Below, piece after piece: positions 50,421-55,201 of a stretch of 55,201 nt of DNA; the stretch's first letter is position 1, and each line of letters starts with the position of its first letter. This DNA comes from Octopus bimaculoides (lineage: Eukaryota): assembly GCF_001194135.2 (NCBI RefSeq), contig NC_068990.1, positions 54,770,107-54,825,307 of the forward strand, written 5' to 3'. Position numbers and translations under genes: made by a program. A model generated the notes under the pieces. It had not been told where the DNA came from. It saw only the letters and a list, made by a program, of their open reading frames with translations, and made no database searches.

Positions 50421-51227
50421 TATGTTTCACTAATTTTTTTTCTTTGATTTCATAATTAAGTTGTTGGACTAGATGAAAGTGTGATGGAAGATCAAGTACA
50501 TGTGTTATAGGAGGCATAGGTTAATAGGAGTGAGTTGGTGATATTGAGGGAAGACAGCAGATTGAAATGAAAGACAACTTGAGCAGTTTGATAGAGAAAG
50601 GAGTTAAGAAGTAGTAGGATGATGCAAAGTGGGTATAATAGTAGTGAAGAAGTCAATGAAGAGGGATCAATGGTGGAGCAATGTGAGTGTAAAATGGAGA
50701 GACTGAGATTAAAGAATAATTATTAAGATGAATGATGGAGAAGTAGTCTACTGATGACTAACAGTAGAGATGGTGACGAGAAAATGATTGATATCAATGA
50801 AGAGTGACATGGAGAGAAAGCGTGATGGTTTGCAGTTAAAAGGGGTAATGGCAGGAGGTAATGAATATGGACAAGTCCAGTGCATTCTTCATTACAATAG
50901 GCATCGTGATGGAGAGAGAGAGAGTGATGCAGTCACAACCACAATTTTAATGACCATTTGCCATTCTGGTGTTAGTGGGAAGATATTGTTTAGTTGTGTA
51001 TGTCACCACAGTTCTTTATCATCTCCTCCTTTGTGAGAATCTATGTCTTGAGATCAGTCGTTGCTTTGTGTGATGTCTTCCTGCAAGTCTTGTCCATTTC
51101 AAATACTCATCACTTCATTATAAAACTGACATCCTCTATATGCATTACATGCTCATGCCAGCACAGTCTTCTCTTTTGCATACCACTTTTGATATCTAAT
51201 TTCTCTCTCAGTTCATTTGTTTTCTGT

Positions 51228-51411
51228 CATTCATCATCATCATCATCGTTTAACGTCCGCTTTCCATGCTAGCATAGGTTGGACGATTTGACTGAGGACT
51301 GGTGGACCAGGTGGCTACACCAGGCTCCAGTCTGATTTGGCAGAGTTTCTACAGCTGGATGCTCTGCCTAACGCTAACCACTCAGAGAGTGTAGTGGGTG
51401 CTTTTACGTGC
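51228..51411 (-). mobile_element. RTE 3' tail
   Basis: Reverse complement ~94% identical to 45078-45221; (CAT)n end. Confidence 0.8.
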
Positions 51412-52671
51412 ACAAAGGCCATAGATATTCACTGCAGCATGTCCATTTCATTTCTTTCTAGTCATCACAAATCTTATACATTCAATGTCCATGTCTTACT
51501 ATTGTGCAGCATCACACTTTTATGTACAAACATCATATAATCTATCCTGCATTCTGAGAGAGAAACCTTTTGTTAGTAGCAGTAGTAATTGTTCTCTGAA
51601 CTTTTACTACCCCTCTATTACTATTGCTATTATATGCTTTCAGAACACCTGCTTTGACTGCTAATTAGGGAATCTACTAGCAAATGCTATCAAGTACTTC
51701 TGTGGAGCCTTCCAAGCATTTGTTGGAATTTATTTTACATGTTTTTCACTGCTAACTACTACTGTCTACTGTCAGCATGCATGTGATCCTATTGCCCCTC
51801 TTGCATGTCCATAGTTTACACTGGTTACACTGAATGGAATTACGACTGACTTCTTTTCTAAATATCAGTCCTGGCCTTTTCCCTGAGATTATTATGTTCT
51901 CTCTCTTCTTTTTTAATTTATTTACTGAGATTTTAATCTTTATGTTTTTGGATTTGGTTTGTAAGATTCTCTATGTGAGTCCATGTGTTGAAGCATATTT
52001 TGTTGTGCCTTGGGAGAGTCATTCTCTTTTGGTGCCTTATTATTTAACACACTCACCAGTAAGGTTTCCACTCATTTACTTATTTATTTTTCCTAAAATT
52101 TTCATTGCGTCTTGCAACCTTTTCAATAGTCGTTGACTCTGTCCGTTATCTGAGCTGAATTCTTTTTCTTCATGAATGATGAAGAACACAGTTCAGATAA
52201 TGGACAGTCAACAACTATTGAAAAGTTTGCAAGACGAAAATTTTCGGAAAAATAAATAAGTAAATGAGTGGAAACTTTACCAGTGAGTGTGTTAAATAAT
52301 AAGGCACTAAAAGAGAATGACTCTTCCCAGACACAACTAAATCTTTGCTATGTTTCCTTTGAATCTTCTTAACTCTAGGTTTTGCTTCAATACCTAGAAA
52401 TTTCTTCTCTAAAGCTAAGAAAAGTTCTGATGGTATAGTCGCGACGTGAGCATTGAAGATAGAAGCTTTGTGGAAGTTTTAGAGAAATGAGTTGGGTACA
52501 ATTAGGTCAAGTTATAATACAAACTTGATTGCTGGAAGAGAGGAAGAGAATTGTTGGACATATTTATTATTTCCACTGTATATCAGATCTTTTCATTATT
52601 TCTCAAGTTATCCAAATAACTAGGGGTTTGTGAATATTCGGTTTATTTACATAACTAGAAAATTTTCTTAA

Positions 52672-52891
52672 CCCTTTAGCATTCTGATTACTATGTCAAA
52701 TGTAATGCTTATTTATTCACATTGTTTTGAGTTAATCATGTAGTAATCTAGTGGCTTCAAGATTTTGAAGATGTGATTGTTTATTTTTAGAATAACGTAG
52801 TTGGATAGGTGTGAAATGCCAGATATAGCCAATTTGAATATAAAACAAGTATAATATTTTGGCCTGATATGGCTGGTTTAAATGCTATGGG
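52672..52891 (-). mobile_element. piggyBac-like MITE with TTAA TSD
   Basis: ttaa|ccctttagcatt ... aatgctatggg|ttaa. Confidence 0.75.
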
Positions 52892-53199
52892 TTAAAGACT
52901 GAATGAGCATAATTCACAGAAATTTTTTGGAAAGAATTGGTGTGGTTTGTGAGCTCCAGCTATTCAATATGAAGATTTTTATTGAAAAGGTTTATGGAAA
53001 TTTTGATGAACATTCACTATTAAATGCATTTTGTCCAATGAAACAAAGCTTTCCTTGGCTGTTTATTCTTTGTGTTTACCTTACTTTTTCTTATATTATT
53101 CTGCCTAAGATTTCCCTTATACTAAAGTATTAATATTTCAATTAAATCTTGTTCAAAATCTCATGAGCTTATTACTGCTAAGAGATTTCAATTTGTCCA

Positions 53200-53520
53200 T
53201 CATCATCATCATTTAGTATCCATTTTCAATGCTGGCATGGGTAGGATGGTTAGAAAGAAGCTGGCAAGGCCTGGAGCCAGATCAGGTTCTATTGTCTGTT
53301 TCGGCACAATTTCTACAGCTGGATGTCCTTCCTAATGCCAACCACTTTACAGAGTGTACAGGGTGCTTTTTATGTGGCACCAGCACCAATGCTTTTTACA
53401 TGGTACCATTTCCGGTGCTTTTTACTTGGCACCATCACCAGTGCTTTTCCTGTGGCATCAGTGCCAGTGTTTTTTACATGACACCAGCATCATTGCTTTT
53501 GACATGGCACCAGCACTGAC
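53200..53520 (-). mobile_element. RTE tail-derived repeat
   Basis: (CAT)n, ccatgctggcatgg-like motif and degenerate tandem gtggcaccagcacc units. Confidence 0.55.
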
Positions 53521-53699
53521 AGGGTGATCAAGAAACTTACAATACAAACATAGTATACCACTGCATAAAATTACAAATATTTGACTAACCCACTCCAGAA
53601 CATAGACTATATTTTAGATTTATTGAAACAGATAAGCAGAAGTTTACAAAGAAACATTATCAGAACTCTTGTTTTCACTAATTTCTTTATATTATACAG

Positions 53700-53837
53700 G
53701 CATCTCCGACAATGCTCCTGTTGTGGTTACTAAATCATCTGATGATTGCTCATACTATCTAGAGTGGCACACAGCAGCTGCATGTGTTGTGACCAAGAAG
53801 AAGGGGGCTGACTGTCAAGTGGAAAATAAAATTGCTG
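53700..53837 (+). CDS. IGF2R: IGF2R-like exon (end of repeat 4, start of repeat 5); gene continues beyond the window
   Basis: ttatacag|GC ... GCT G|gtaaga. GISDNAPVVV...DCSYYLEWHTAAACVVTKKKGADCQVENKIA resembles recalled human FEWHTAAACVLSKTEGENC. Confidence 0.92.
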
Positions 53838-54338
53838 GTAAGAGAGATAGTTCAATGTATTTTTGTCACATTGAAAGTAATGCTTCACAAAACCTGTTAA
53901 TAGATAAAATGAAGGAACCACTACATAATCGTTTCAGTTGCTCAATGCAACCACCAGATCTTTCTCACCAGAATCTCCACCGTAATATGTGTTGTGGACT
54001 CTGAAATTCACCTTATGGTTTATATTTTGTTTTTGATATACTGAAGCATGGGTTGTGAAAGGGAGAGAGAGAGAGGATTGGTGTAAGGAAGTAGGAAAAG
54101 GTGGTTGTTAGTATGATTGGAAGAAGAGTTGACTATAGTACAAGTTGTGCAATCATTTCCAAGTTTGCAGTTTGGGTTACATAGATTTGTGTGTGCATGT
54201 ATAATCATTATCATCATCATTTAACATCTGTGTTCCATACTGGCATGAGCTTGACAATCTGACAGGATCTGGTAAACCAGAGGACTGTCAAGCACCACCG
54301 TCGGCTTAAATGATGATGATACATATAGGGTAAAAGGG

Positions 54339-54384
<46 letters not shown>

Positions 54385-54387
<3 letters not shown>

Positions 54388-55190
54388 CATCATCATCATC
54401 ATCATTTAACGTCCGCTTTCCATGCTAGCATGGGTTGGACGATTTGACTGAGGACTGGCAAACCAGAAGGCTGCACCAGGCTCCATTCTGATCTGGCATA
54501 GTTTCTGCAGCTGGATGCCCTTCCTAATGCCAACTACTCCGAGAGTCTAGTTGGTGCTTTTACGTGCCACCGACACGAGGGCCAGTCACACTGTACTGGC
54601 AACGGCCACGCTCAAAATGGTGTTTTTTACGTACCACCTGCACGGGAGCCAGTCCAACGGCACTGGCAACAACCTCGCTCAAATGATTTTCTAACGTTCC
54701 ACCAGCACAAGTGCTAGAAGGCGACGCTGATAATGATTACGCTCAAACGGTGCTATTTACAGGCCACTAGCACGGAAGCCAGACAGCTGCTCTGGTAATG
54801 AACACGCTCGGACAGTGCTGTTAGTGCTCCACTGGCACAGGTGCCAGTCATCAAATATGGTTCAATTACGATTTCGATTTCACTTGCCCCAACAGGTCTT
54901 CACAAGTAGAGTTTAGTGTCCAATGAAGGAGAGGTTGGCATGGGTGCCAGTCGTCCGATTCGGTTCGATTTCGATTTCAGATTTTAAATTCACTTGCCTC
55001 ATCAGGTCTTCGCAAGCAGAGTTTTTATTGTCCAATGAAGTAAAGATACGAACAAGTGAGCTGGCTACACATCTGGCAGAGGTCACAGATTATGCTCTCA
55101 CTTGGCTTGCCGGGTCTTCTCATGTACTGCATATTTCCAAAGGTCCCGGTCACTAGTCATCGCCTCGGTGAGGCCTAAAGTTCGAAGGTC
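54385..55190 (-). mobile_element. Young RTE 3' fragment (ORF end plus full 3' UTR)
   Basis: Minus frame GLTEAMTSDRDLWKYAVHEKTRQAK*; CpG-rich UTR with a duplicated ~60-bp module; (GAT)n tail. Confidence 0.85.
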
Positions 55191-55201
55191 GTATATATAT
55201 A

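Noticed and set aside
54975-55015. Hammerhead-like core on the - strand (CTGATGA-ggcaagt-GAA)
   Set aside because: This copy has GAAT instead of GAAA, the sister copies read CTGTTGG / TTATTGG, and no stems I or III can be formed.

Overview
AT-rich, microsatellite-laden eukaryotic genomic DNA with five N-gaps. The SINE and RTE repeat families point to a cephalopod, probably Octopus (inference from recognised repeat families). The only host gene I can support is a + strand, multi-exon cation-independent mannose-6-phosphate receptor / IGF2R-like gene. Ten consecutive GT-AG exons between 17466 and 53837 splice into one open frame of 582 complete codons (1748 nt), covering MRH repeats 1-4 and the start of repeat 5. 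The signal-peptide exon was not found, and the gene continues past the right edge. The rest is intronic or intergenic: two Penelope-like GIY-YIG remnants, a rearranged HERO-type (R2-superfamily, RLE) retrotransposon, RTE and CR1 fragments, a mariner remnant, hAT and piggyBac-like MITEs, many tRNA-derived SINEs, and several foldback/palindromic elements. The most notable observations are: (1) an intact Q-R-E-Y M6P-binding signature in repeat 3 together with paired loss of one disulfide; (2) an exon that starts with a 5' splice-site consensus (possible recursive splicing); (3) a 723-bp TSD-flanked foldback element with a head-to-head TTAGGG/CCCTAA core; (4) a twin-priming-like 5' inversion in the RLE element. 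I found no clear evidence for a wholly new biological system. Comparisons to human IGF2R are from recalled sequence and need confirming by alignment.
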